Shown here: piece after piece, positions 1 to 10,770 of the stretch | How positions within the stretch are numbered: the stretch's first letter is position 1 | Layout of the letters: each line of letters begins with the position of its first letter | Source: Podarcis tiliguerta | Taxonomy: Eukaryota | Length of the DNA stretch: 64,000 nt | Direction: 5' to 3' (one strand) | Assembly (NCBI GenBank): GCA_965153285.1 | Contig: OZ229129.1 | Made by a program: the position numbers and the translations under genes | The notes under the pieces: model-generated | Told to the model about the DNA's origin: nothing | Seen by the model: only the letters and a program-made list of their open reading frames with translations | Database searches by the model: none

Positions 1-39
1 GTCTGTAACCTGAAGCGTATGTAGCCCAAGGTACTACTG
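1..39. mobile_element. End of a Tc1/mariner-type MITE cut by the window start
   Basis: GTAACCTGAAGCG...AAGGTACTACTG followed by TA; matches the end of the MITEs at 27556 and 50688. Confidence 0.7.
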
Positions 40-121
40 TATTAAGGATAGAATTTATTGATTATTTCCATACTAACTGCAGACTACAATGAAATACTGA
101 GGTTTACAGGTAATCTAAAAT

Positions 122-318
122 GGGAAAGGGCAATAGCTCAGTGGTGGAACACCTCCTTTGCATAGGGAAGGTCCGGAGTTCAGTTCCTAACATCTCCAGG
201 CAGGGCTGGGAGACAACCCTGCTTGAAACCATGAAGAGCTGCTGCCAGTCAGTGCAGATGTTACTGAGAAAGATGGACCAATGGTCTGATTCAGCATGAT
301 GCAACTTATTTTGCTCCC
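122..318 (+). mobile_element. tRNA-derived SINE with CR1-like 3' tail (family name uncertain)
   Basis: A-box-like TAGCTCAGTGG; degenerate B box; body GCTGCCAGTCAGTG...GATGGACCAATGGTCTGA recurs many times in the window. Confidence 0.7.
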
Positions 319-1233
319 CTGTTTAATACATACCTTTAAGGTAGAATCATATCATTTATTCCACAGCTATTTCATCATTTCTGAAGTAAATGGTGATCAG
401 AGGGGGAAAGTATTTTCATCAGAATATTTCCCCCACCCCAAGGACATTAGAACAGAACCCTGAAGTGGGTTTTGCATCAACATAACATGTCTGCCAAACT
501 AACGGTCTGAAATCCCCCCACCCAGACGCAGAATTCATTTTAATGTTGATATATGGCAAATTACTTTCCTCCATGGCACATGGTGTAAGGTTAAGTTTCT
601 TAAAACACTTTAATTCAGACTATTTAGAAAATAATGCCTCTATTTTATCCATGATTCACAATTAACTTACTTGGATTTGGTATTGTTGTCATAGTTCTAT
701 TTAATTTGCCAGTTGTGGGAGACTGTGCTTGGTTGAATCAAGTATGTAAAAAAGAACTTCACACATTTTCAAGAAGTGAAAAGATAACGTGCCGTATTGC
801 AGTTTGTCACGCACATCCTTTGAGGTATTCTTTTCTGGAAGAGAAACCTGAGATCTAGGTTGCCTCCAAACCGTCAACATTTTGAGGGAGGTATTTCAGC
901 ACATACCAGAAATTTAGGTTTGCCCCATTAAGGTGGATTAGTATACTCTGCCAGACTAGCACAATAAATCCACTTGATTTTGCAGATAAGAAAGTGACTG
1001 TGAAATACATTGAAAAATGCAGGATTAACAAATGACTAATGGGAAAATGTGTAAGCCAGGATGAATGTTCATAATTGTATAACTTCCCTGCAAACAAATC
1101 AGAACAAATTCTCAATAAAAACAAGGTACAGTGTAAGCTCTGTGTAAGCTTTTAGTAAGAAAATGAGGGTGCATGCTCATTAAACAGCAGAAACCTTTTG
1201 CCATGTGGAGTGCTCCTGTACATAGTTCCAATT

Positions 1234-1482
1234 AGAAGAAGAAGAAGAGTTTGGATTTGATATACCGCTTTATCACTACCCTAAGGAGTCTCAAAGCGGC
1301 TAACAACCTCTTTTCCCTTCCTTCCCCATAACAAACACTCTGTGAAATGAGTGAGGCTGAGACACTTCAGAGAAGTGTGACTAGCCCAAGGTCACCCAGC
1401 AGCTGCATGTGGAGGAGCAGGGAAGCAAACCCTGATCACCAGATTACTAGTCCACTGCTCTTAACCACTACACCACACTGAC
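1234..1482 (-). mobile_element. Squam3-type tRNA/CORE SINE
   Basis: Minus strand begins CAGTGTGGTGTAGTGGTTAAGAGC and ends CAAATCCAAACTCTTCTTCTT; close match to 63271-63523. Confidence 0.8.
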
Positions 1483-3191
1483 TTAATAGGGCATGACATC
1501 CTCTAGAACAGCCCATCCTACCCTGACATCAGTCAATCAGCATTCTGTGGCCACTGAACACTCTCTGGGCTGTTTTGGGGGGTTTGCCTTAAGCTTCCCT
1601 CCACCGACAATATTTGTGTACTACTTTGAATTTCCCCAAGGCTGCTGATATCTCCCCATATGTGGATGTACTATTTTTGCTACCTAAACATCAACATTCA
1701 CACCTAAGCATCAGAAATATTTTTAAAAATTCTGTAGCCCTCCTTTGATCATAATGGCCTCAGTGTGGTGGACCCATAACTAATAATAATAATAAAATAT
1801 GCAATAACTTCTAATAATGCAATGACATCAATGAAACACAGTTTTAAGAAAACACCTCTGAATCAATGGACCAAACCACAATATTGCATATATAATGTTT
1901 ATATAATATGTCCCCCCCCCCTAAACTGAGCAAAAAGGTGATTGCTTCAGCTGATGCCAGGAAGAATAAAGCCTTTTTGCCAACCACACCTTGAAGACAA
2001 GGGCATTTCAATGGCAGGGTACCTCCACAAAGAATTTTATTCTACTCATTGTCCTGTAAAGTATCTCATTATGTGTTTAAGTTGAGTAATCTTCTATATG
2101 TTAAATCATTTTCAGATAGGTGGGAATTGCCTTTTTTAAAAAAAACAACAATGTTGAATCACTGTCCATATGCTTGGCAAACTCTCATTTACAATTTGAA
2201 CTACAAAACAAGGCACATGGATGTTTTACGTTTATGGGGTCCTTCTTCTGTGAATCATGAATCGTTGCTCGTGGTGAATGGGTCCTCCAACTCATTTATC
2301 AGGAATAAAAAATGGAATCTTTATCATCATTATGAGTTTTCCACTGAATTATGAGGCTACTTTTCACACTTTGGGATCAGAGTTGACAAGAACAAGGAGT
2401 AGGTTTGTCACTCTTATCAAATCCGCAAGTATATTTGTAGTTTTCACATCATGATAACTGTCAGAGGAAATATGTCTGGGTCCAGATGCGGCTCACTCTA
2501 GTGAAATTTCTCAGAAGCAACTCATACATCCTTGAATTCCCAACAGATGGACATATTTCAAAAAGCTTTCTATAGGTGGGGTTAGAAAACTAGCACTAGA
2601 AATATGAATCAAAGCGAATTTATTTCAACTGATAAATATGTGCAATAAAAAATTAATATAATTGGATTAAGATGGAAATGCACCATTTTAAATGGTGATG
2701 AATTGCTTGATCAAAACGGGTCAATTGGACAATCCTGGGTTTTTACTTAACACCAGCTTTCTGGGAGCTTCAGTTTCATACATTAGGAAGATGAATTATC
2801 ACAATTAAAGAGAATTACACAAATGAAGGTGAATTACATGACAGGAAGCAAAGGCTAATTAAACTATTATGAAGTGGAGCTGATGTTCTCAAGGAGTATG
2901 AATATGTTAGTCATATGAATATGTTAGAGTGCTCATATTTTCTACAGTTGCTGCATATTTCTCTCCCACCCTCCCAATGACACAGCTGGGTCATTCCTAG
3001 TATCTAGTCTGCTCCAATGCAATCAGCACCACAATGGTGGATGCCATTCAGTTAGAAAGCAACAGGGAGGGGCTGCACAGCTGGTTAAGCAGTAAGGGGT
3101 AAACTAGGGTGTGAAATGTGAATGAGTGAGCACTGTTTTCAAGGGTGGGTGACTGCCACTGACTCATTATGGTCTGTGATACATCTCGTAT

Positions 3192-3370
3192 GGACTCAGG
3201 AATCTTATATAACTGATCAGGCAGCTGGTTCATCTCATCTAGTACTGTCTAATCTAATTGGCAACAAATCTCCATAATCTAACAGAGGAATCACTATCCA
3301 TTTAGCTAGATTGAACCTGGGACCATCTACATTCAAACCAAATGTTGTACTACTGAGCTACATCCCCTTC
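3192..3370 (-). mobile_element. Degraded tRNA-SINE of the 122-318 family
   Basis: GATTGAACCTGGGACC...TACTACTGAGCTAC is the reverse complement of the tRNA head; the tail remnant lies upstream. Confidence 0.55.
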
Positions 3371-4137
3371 TCAGAAAATGCAACCCAAGCAGGATATTTT
3401 GCTATTGTTGCCATTTTGTATTTTGGAAGACTATTGAACAGCCGCTGAAACCTCTAAATCAAATTTAAAAATTAAAAATAAATAGAATAATTATAGAAAC
3501 CATAGTCCTAACCTTTTGCCTTCTTCTAACCCCAAGTCACATTAAAAAAAATTCAAGAAAGAAAAAATCAGGCCACTTGGCTTCTAATGTTGGCTCATGC
3601 CTTTGGGTATTGTAAAGGAAGGGAAAAAAAATCTTAAATTATGTCACTGAAGAAATGCATATGCTATTTAGTGTCAAGAAAATAATTCCTGTGGATTCTT
3701 AGTGCACAGCCTTAATCCAGCTGTCACTAATGCATAGTGACACAATAGACTTGCAATGGCTTTGAGGGAGCTGCTGTGCTATATCAGTTCTATAATCCGC
3801 AAACTAAGGAGGATTTACATGATAGGCTGTATACGCTCCCCCCAGGGGTCTTGCTGCCTTTCTTTTTCTGAAATCCAGTTTTTTAAATAAAAAATAAAAT
3901 CATAGAACATATATCTTTAACCCAATAGGCAGCAAAGCCCAAGTAAAAAGTCACCAAAACCATTTGGATTTGCAGTTCTCATTTGTGAGACACCTGGGAA
4001 TACATTTCCAAAGTATCCATGAGAAATTGCCCCATGCTTCAAGGTACCAATGGACATGGAAACATTCACTTTACATATTTGGACTGAGAAGATAATCTAA
4101 ACACATACTGAACTCAACACTTGTAAAATAAACAATA

Positions 4138-4499
4138 AAGGTAAAGGTAAAGGTACCCCTGCTCGTACGGGCCAGTCTTGACAGACTCTAGGGTTGTGCG
4201 CCCATCTCACTCAAGAGGCCGGGGGCCAGCGCTGTCCGGAGACACTTCTGGGTCACGTGGACAGTGTGACATCGCTGCTCTGGTGAGCCAGAGCCGCACA
4301 CGGAAACGCCGTTTACCTTCCCGCTAGTAAGCGGTCCCTATTTATCTACTTGCACCCGGGAGTGCTTTCGAACTGCTAGGTTGGCAGGCGCTGGGACCGA
4401 ACAACGGGAGCGCACCCCACCGCGGGGATTCGAACCGCCGACCTTTCGATCAGCAAGCCCTGGGCGCTGAGGCTTTTACCCACAGCGCCACCCGCGTCC
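4138..4499 (-). mobile_element. Sauria SINE (Squam1-type), full length
   Basis: Minus strand GGACGCGGGTGGCGCTGTGGG...(ACCTTT)n tail; 13-bp TSD AAAATAAACAATA at 4125-4137 and 4500-4512. Confidence 0.95.
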
Positions 4500-4527
4500 A
4501 AAATAAACAATAGGCCAAGGTATATGG

Positions 4528-4665
4528 CAGGAATGGGGAATCCTTGGCCCTCCATATGTCTTTAGGACTGCAACCCCATCATCTCCAATCATATTCCATG
4601 CTAGCTGGGGCTAATGAGACTTTGAGTCCAACAATATCTGGAGGAACATAGGTTCATCATATCTG
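4528..4665. mobile_element. Palindromic hAT-like MITE (GGACTACAACTCCCATCA family)
   Basis: Internal inverted repeat GGACTGCAACCCCATCA / GAGACTTTGAGTCC; more than 10 relatives in the window. Confidence 0.6.
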
Positions 4666-5880
4666 GGGTAACTCAAACTCAGGAAGACATTCAATGGATA
4701 TACCGTTGAAGTTTCATTAAGCAAGGCTCAAAATCCAATGATCTTTCACTTGAAAAAGGCATCCAAGTGCCCAATATCCATTCTAGATTGTTTATGGCTC
4801 AAAATGAGTTTGATTCAAAGCCTCCTCGAGCAAAATAAGAAATCATTACCATTGGTGAAGAGGGAGGAAATAACAAAAAACAGAGTAAACTCATAGAGTG
4901 TCTGTCCTTCCTGACTACTGAACTCAAAATTATGCTTTCGTGCATGACAAGCAGAACAAAGCAGCCAGGTTGCTCAACAAGACAAAATGGTCCGGATACA
5001 TACCATAAATCCTGACCTGAGTGTCTGGGCTCAAGTGTAAGTGCTGGTTTTGACCTAAAAAGTCTTATGAGGCTTCGGATCCCAATACCTCAGGGACTAC
5101 CACTCACCATATAAACTGGCCCCCAACCCTGTGATACACATTTCTGTACACATTAGAATCACAGAGTTGTAGAGTTGGAATGTACACCAGGGGTCATCTA
5201 GTCCAATCCTCTGAAATGCAAGAATCCTTTGCCCAACATGGATTGAGTATTGCATTGCACAGTTGAGAGAAGTGTGGATTTTGGACCGCTGTGTTTCGAT
5301 TTGTGCATTGTTTCTGAAAGTGTTAGGCAAGCAGGTTCAACATCAAAAATGTGAACTGAGTTAAACTTCTTTCCCACCCCTAACTAAACCTTGGCTTAGC
5401 TGACCACACATTGGAAATAAAAATGACTGGGGAAAAGCAAAGTGGCTGAGAACTCCTCTCCTGGAGCCCAGACATTTGCATAGTCCTGAAATGCCATAGT
5501 CTGGCTTACAATGATATGTGACCCAGGTCACTTAATGCCTTATGTCAGTGATTCTCAAAGGGTGTGGCAGGAGATGTTGGCAAGTGTGGCAGAAAGATTC
5601 AAGGACAATCAAAGAATCATTTAAGCATTTCAATGTACTGCATTATAGTATATTATAGCATGGTATAATTTTATTTGATTTTTTGGCAGAACATGGATAG
5701 ATAAGAGCAAGAGCATCAAGTGATACTACAAGCTCATGCCTTTCATTGTGTTTGTATAACTACTTAAGGTATATATGTAAGAGGCTCATTTATAATTATA
5801 TTTTGGGAATGATTCATATTCTTATGTGGCTGCATTGTTTTCTCTTACTTTCTGGATGTCCCTGATCATATTTTAAAGTA

Positions 5881-6093
5881 CAGTGGTATCTCGGCTTTCA
5901 AACGTAATCCATTCTGGAAGACAGTTTGAATTCCGAATGTTCAAAAACTGAAAACTCAATACAGAAGCCTCAATACAAAAGCTGTGTGTCTTCCAAGGTG
6001 TGTTTGAAAACTGAAGCAGTTACTTCCGGGTTCACGGCGTTCGAGTTCCAAAACATTCATCAATGGAGACATTCAAAAACCAAGGTTCCACTG
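5881..6093. mobile_element. Tc1/mariner (Tigger/pogo-like) MITE
   Basis: TA|CAGTGGTATCTCGG...CCAAGGTTCCACTG|TA terminal inverted repeats with TA duplication. Confidence 0.85.
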
Positions 6094-7567
6094 TAGTTGT
6101 GTTCTATGTTATAAATCAATCACTGCTTTGTTTTCCAATGTACTTCTTATTAATTAAAAAAAAAATATTCTGAAAATGTGGCCCAGAGGAAATGGTTTTG
6201 GAACTACTTCCTTATCCAGTTCTCAACATCAATGATAGTTTTCTGGATTGGGGGGGGGGGGGAGCATTCTTCTAGGTTTGAAATATTCCAATATTGCTAT
6301 ATTCAGCTATGCACAGCATTCCTTTGAGAGAAAACTTATGAGTGCCCTCTTAACATTTCTAAAATGCAAATCTACAAAGGCCTTTGATAACCGGAATCTC
6401 ATCATGTATAGCACACAGATATAAAAGTCCATTTCCAGTCATTAAATCACTGTAATTAAGCGCTATTACAAGTATTCAGCTATGTGAATTTCTGCAAGTT
6501 TGTAAAAAAGAACAAGCCTGCCACAGTTCCAAAAGTGGAGTGGGGAGGACAGGAGGTAATAAAAGATGCATCAAGTTGGGTTTTGACGAAAAATTCAGAG
6601 ATGGCAATAATGAAACCCTGACTCCTGATTGAGCTAGTGAATGAGCAGCCAATTGTGATAAAAAAGACAAATAACATTTGAGAGATAATCAAAAATACAG
6701 ATATTAAAATAATATCTACACTATGCTGTAAAGCTTACTTTCTTCACAAATGCAACCTCATTGAAGGGTTAAAGGCCTACAGTCCCTTACAGAAGACAGA
6801 AAATACTGCAGATCCAAATGAGAGTTTATAGTTATTTTAATCATAATCAGACAGGCATGGTGTTCTTTTTGGTTACTTCACTGTAGCTATGCATCACAAA
6901 TATCTAGGAATGCCTTTGTAGAAACACAAGCCAAATATGTACATCAACAAATAATATTTAGCTGTATCAAGCATCACTTGCTCGGTTTTTCAAAGCATGG
7001 GGGCAGGTTAGAGAGTGAGACACAGGCACACTTTCATTTTGGAAGGCTGCAGAGAGGGAGATAGACTGTTCAAACGACATATCAGATTTGCTAAAATATC
7101 ATGTTCTGTGGCAGAAGCAGATAAGAGGTGTATGTATGTATGTATGTATGTACGTACGTTTTAAACAAACCAACAAACCGAACAACAAGAACAAAAGGAT
7201 TTCTAATCCAGAGTGCAAAACAAGACTTCTTTTTTGGGGGTGGGGGGAGGACACACAGATGGTTTGACTAAAGGACTCTAGACATTTTCAGTAGCAATAG
7301 AATTCATGAAGCACAACAAAAGTGCTATAACCCCAAAATATCATGCCCTGATTGTGTACTAGAAATCTTCCATTTTCGTGTTTGAAATTTCCCAGTAGGC
7401 TCTCTCTCTCTGTGTACTTAACTTTGTTTGGAAAGATCACGTATCTTGCAGAATCATATCCAGCAGTCTTCACATTTATCTGCAAATAACACATATATGT
7501 TTTTCCTGTACTCAAACTGCTCCCCCTCCCACTCCAAACCCTGTTTGTGCATTCCTTATGCCCATGT

Positions 7568-7960
7568 GGAATGCGGGTGGTGTTGTGGTCTAAACCACTG
7601 AGCCTCTTGGGCTTGCCAATCTGAAGGTCAGCGGTTCAAATCCGTGTAATGGGGTGAGCTCCCGTTGCTTGGTCCCAGTTTCTGCCAACCTAGCAATTTG
7701 AAAGCACACCAGTGCAAGTAGAAAACTAGGTACTGCTGTGGCAGGAAGGTAAATGGCATTTCCATGTGCTCTGGCTTCCGTTACAGTGTTCTGTTGCACC
7801 AGAAGTGGTTTAGTCATGCTGGCCACATGACCCGGAAAGCTGTCTGTGGACAAATGCCGGCTCACTCAACCTGAAAGTGGAGATGAGCACCACACCCCAT
7901 ACTCGCCTTCGACTGGACTTAACCGTTAACCCAGGTGTCATTTACCTTTATTTTACTTTA
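7568..7960 (+). mobile_element. Sauria SINE, older copy
   Basis: GCGGGTGGTGTTGTGGTCTAAACCACTGAG head; TGCCAACCTAGCA...TGCAAGTAGA core; degenerate TTTACC tail. Confidence 0.9.
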
Positions 7961-8535
7961 CAGCAATCCTGAAAGGTAGAAGAAGTCTGGAGGGAAGGGA
8001 CATTGGGAAATAATGATTTGCCTAAGGCCACCCAATGTCAAGTGCACAAGATGAGCCAAGATGTCAATGAAAGGTTATACATGCTCAGTAATTTTTTATA
8101 CCAATGTAGCTCCACTACCAATCGTGTTGAAAAAAAGGGAGTGTTCGCGCGGGGGGGGGGGTGTATGCCTTTTATTTTTGGGAGAAAGGAATTTGTTCAC
8201 TAAAATAAATTCCAGAATATCTTTCCAAATTAAAAGTCATTGCAGTTAAAAGTCCCCTATACCTTAATGTCATGCCTGCTTAAATAGAGAAAAAGACTTA
8301 AGTGCAATGAATGGGATTGTGCTAGAAAAATCTATAAACCCAGAGGTTCCTGATTCCCCCCTCCCAAATTTTTGCAATATACATACATGTGGTGGTTTTT
8401 TTTTTGGGGGGGGGGGACAGAAATACTAGAGATAATTTCTATAAAGAATTCCTGTGATAAGAACAGTTACATCCTTCAGCAGTCATTTAAAGCAAAGCTC
8501 ATCAAGGGTAACCTTACAGGAGTAGATTAATGCTT

Positions 8536-8883
8536 AAAGGTACTCCTGGATGGTTAAGTCCAATCAAAGGAGACTCTAGGGTGTGACACTCATGTTGCTT
8601 TTCAGGCTGAGGGAGCTGGTGCAGCTTTCCGGGTCATGTGGCCAGCATGGCACATCCGCTTCTCGTGCAACGGGACACCTTGATGAGTGCCAGAGCACAT
8701 GGAAACGCCGTTTGACTTCCCACCACAGCGGTACCTATTTATCTACTTGTTCTGGTGTGCTTTCGAACTGCTAGGTTGGCAAAGCTGGGTCAGAGCAACA
8801 TTGAATAGATTCAAACTGCTGACCTTCCAATCGGCAAGCCCAAGAGGCTCAGTGGTTTAGACCACAGTGCCGCCCACATCCCT
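8536..8883 (-). mobile_element. Sauria SINE, older copy
   Basis: Reverse complement of the Sauria core (CTATTTATCTACTTG...CTTTCGAACTGCTAGGTTGGC); probable TSD ATGCTTAA. Confidence 0.9.
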
Positions 8884-9449
8884 ACATGCTTAATCATGCT
8901 TAACTATGGTTGTAGTGGTAAATGCCTAGTGAATGCAGAACAAAATATAGTTTGATTCTTCAATAGATAGATAGTAGGCCCACAGACCTTATCTACCCTG
9001 TTGCCCCAGCCCAAAGGTCCATAATCAGGTAAACCAAACCTGGACCAATCCAGGAAATACCTGCCCTTCCCTGATTCTGGTTTTGAATTAGTTTTGTGGT
9101 GGAGCTAATGTTTAATTAGGGAGGTATGTAAATCTACATATATATCCAATTAGACATACAACTGTGAGGCAGACCCTCCCCACTTCAAACTAAGAGCAGG
9201 AGAAGTTGAGAAAGGGAGATTCTCTTCCCTCTCCACTATGATGAACCCCCTGCCACAAAGGAAAAGGCTTAGAAAAAAGAAACAAAATCCTTATTTCAAG
9301 CCTAACTGCTAAAGGAGGGAGGGAGTGTGTGGTTGCAGTTTATGTCCGGTTGCAGTGTTTCCTTGGTTTGCAAATGTGTATATGCCCCCACCCTCCGAAA
9401 AATGTTGGCAATCCTTTTTGTTGGATCACTAGCTGTTGCCAATGATTAG

Positions 9450-9840
9450 TACTAGATCACAAGCCTGTGTGTTTATTGTAATACACAGAGAATCTGCTGG
9501 GCATGGATTAGGGATCCTTTCTTGCCAATGGACCTTCCTCACAGACAACCGCTCAGCCCAGAGAGAGAAGACAAAGGCAAAACAAAGGGAGATAATTCTT
9601 TCCTTTCTTGCAGACCGAGCTCACTGCTCATTCTGCAATTTCGCAGGCACAGAAGCCTTGCCCAGGAAGTAGACGTTGCACACATTCCAGTTTCCTGGCC
9701 CATATTCTTCAGAGCACATCTGCTAGGAAGGCATTGTGCCTGATTCACAAGACAGTCTGCCAAGGTCAGGATAAGCAAAGGTGCCAACCAAGTGGCAGCT
9801 TAGAATGAATAGTGGCAAACCATAGGAAATGACACCTTTC
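9450..9840 (-). other. Candidate terminal exon 2 of an unannotated transcript
   Basis: Strong acceptor TTTTTAATCTTTTTTATTCTCCTTTATCTCTAG|G ending at 9841; AATAAA at 9477-9472; no obvious repeat in the interval. Confidence 0.35.
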
Positions 9841-10689
9841 CTAGAGATAAAGGAGAATAAAAAAGATTAAAAAATACACTTGGCAATCAGCAGTGCCAAG
9901 TTGAGAACACCTGTTTCATTACAAAGGATCATGTTTGCTTTTACTCATATATTATCCCTTTACAAAAGCTTCTTATGCTGCATGTTGTCTTAGCTGCTTC
10001 TACAACTTCATTCCCAAGTGGTCCTTCTCTGTATCTTTTTATTTGGGGAACAAAATGTTGTTCCATTTATCATGTGATCAACCAAATTAAAAAATCAGAA
10101 CCCCTCTCCCCACATTTCCTTAATCTTTCTGGGGTTTGTTAGGTTCACCTGACATTTCTCCTCAAATATGAAGCAGAAAGTTTGGCTTCTTATATTCTGT
10201 GTGTGCCTGTGTCCATGTCTCTTAGGATGTGATTGTTGTAAATCAATATTTGTAACTCAGTTGTAACCACATACTTTAGGGCTTCTGGACTCCACTGATC
10301 CTTTTGCTGCTGAGCCATTTCTTATCAAACAGCCTCTCTAATTCCAGAACCCTCCATGATATTCCTTCAGTCCCACTGTCTCTGTGACCTCCCTTCGTTC
10401 CTTTACCTCCTTAATGTCATATCCGAAAAGGTGTTAAAGTGTAAAGCCAAAAAAAAAATCTCATAGGGCTTAAGCACTAACAAATAACAATGTTTTTAGA
10501 AGGGCCGTGGCATCTTCGGCCAAAGACACTGGTAGCAAATCTCTCTCTGCCTCAGACAATTGAGTAGAGGCTACCAATATGGCACCCATAGACACAACTG
10601 CACTTTTGAAGTTTCCCTCTATTGCCCACGAAGGCTCTGAGCCCCAGCTTGCACTGCATTCTTGGTCCTGAGATGGTGAGGATATTTAC

Positions 10690-10770
10690 CTTTTCTTCCC
10701 TTGAAAAGTGAATAGAGGTGAAGGAGGAAGCTGAAGGAGTGGCTAACACTCTTTCCCACTTCCTTTATAA
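10690..10770 (-). promoter_or_regulatory. Candidate TATA-Inr core promoter with a 51-nt non-coding first exon
   Basis: TATAAAG starts at 10769; Inr CCACTCC has its A at 10740 (29 nt downstream); donor AAG|GTAAAT at 10690/10689; TAATCT sites upstream at 10785-10790 and 10829-10834. Confidence 0.45.

Noticed and set aside
122-200. tRNA-like A/B boxes here and at other SINE heads
   Set aside because: They continue into SINE bodies and do not form cloverleafs, so they are not tRNA genes.
9670-9700. TGGAATGT on the minus strand, resembling the miR-1/206 5' end
   Set aside because: The rest of the mature sequence does not match and no precursor hairpin is evident.
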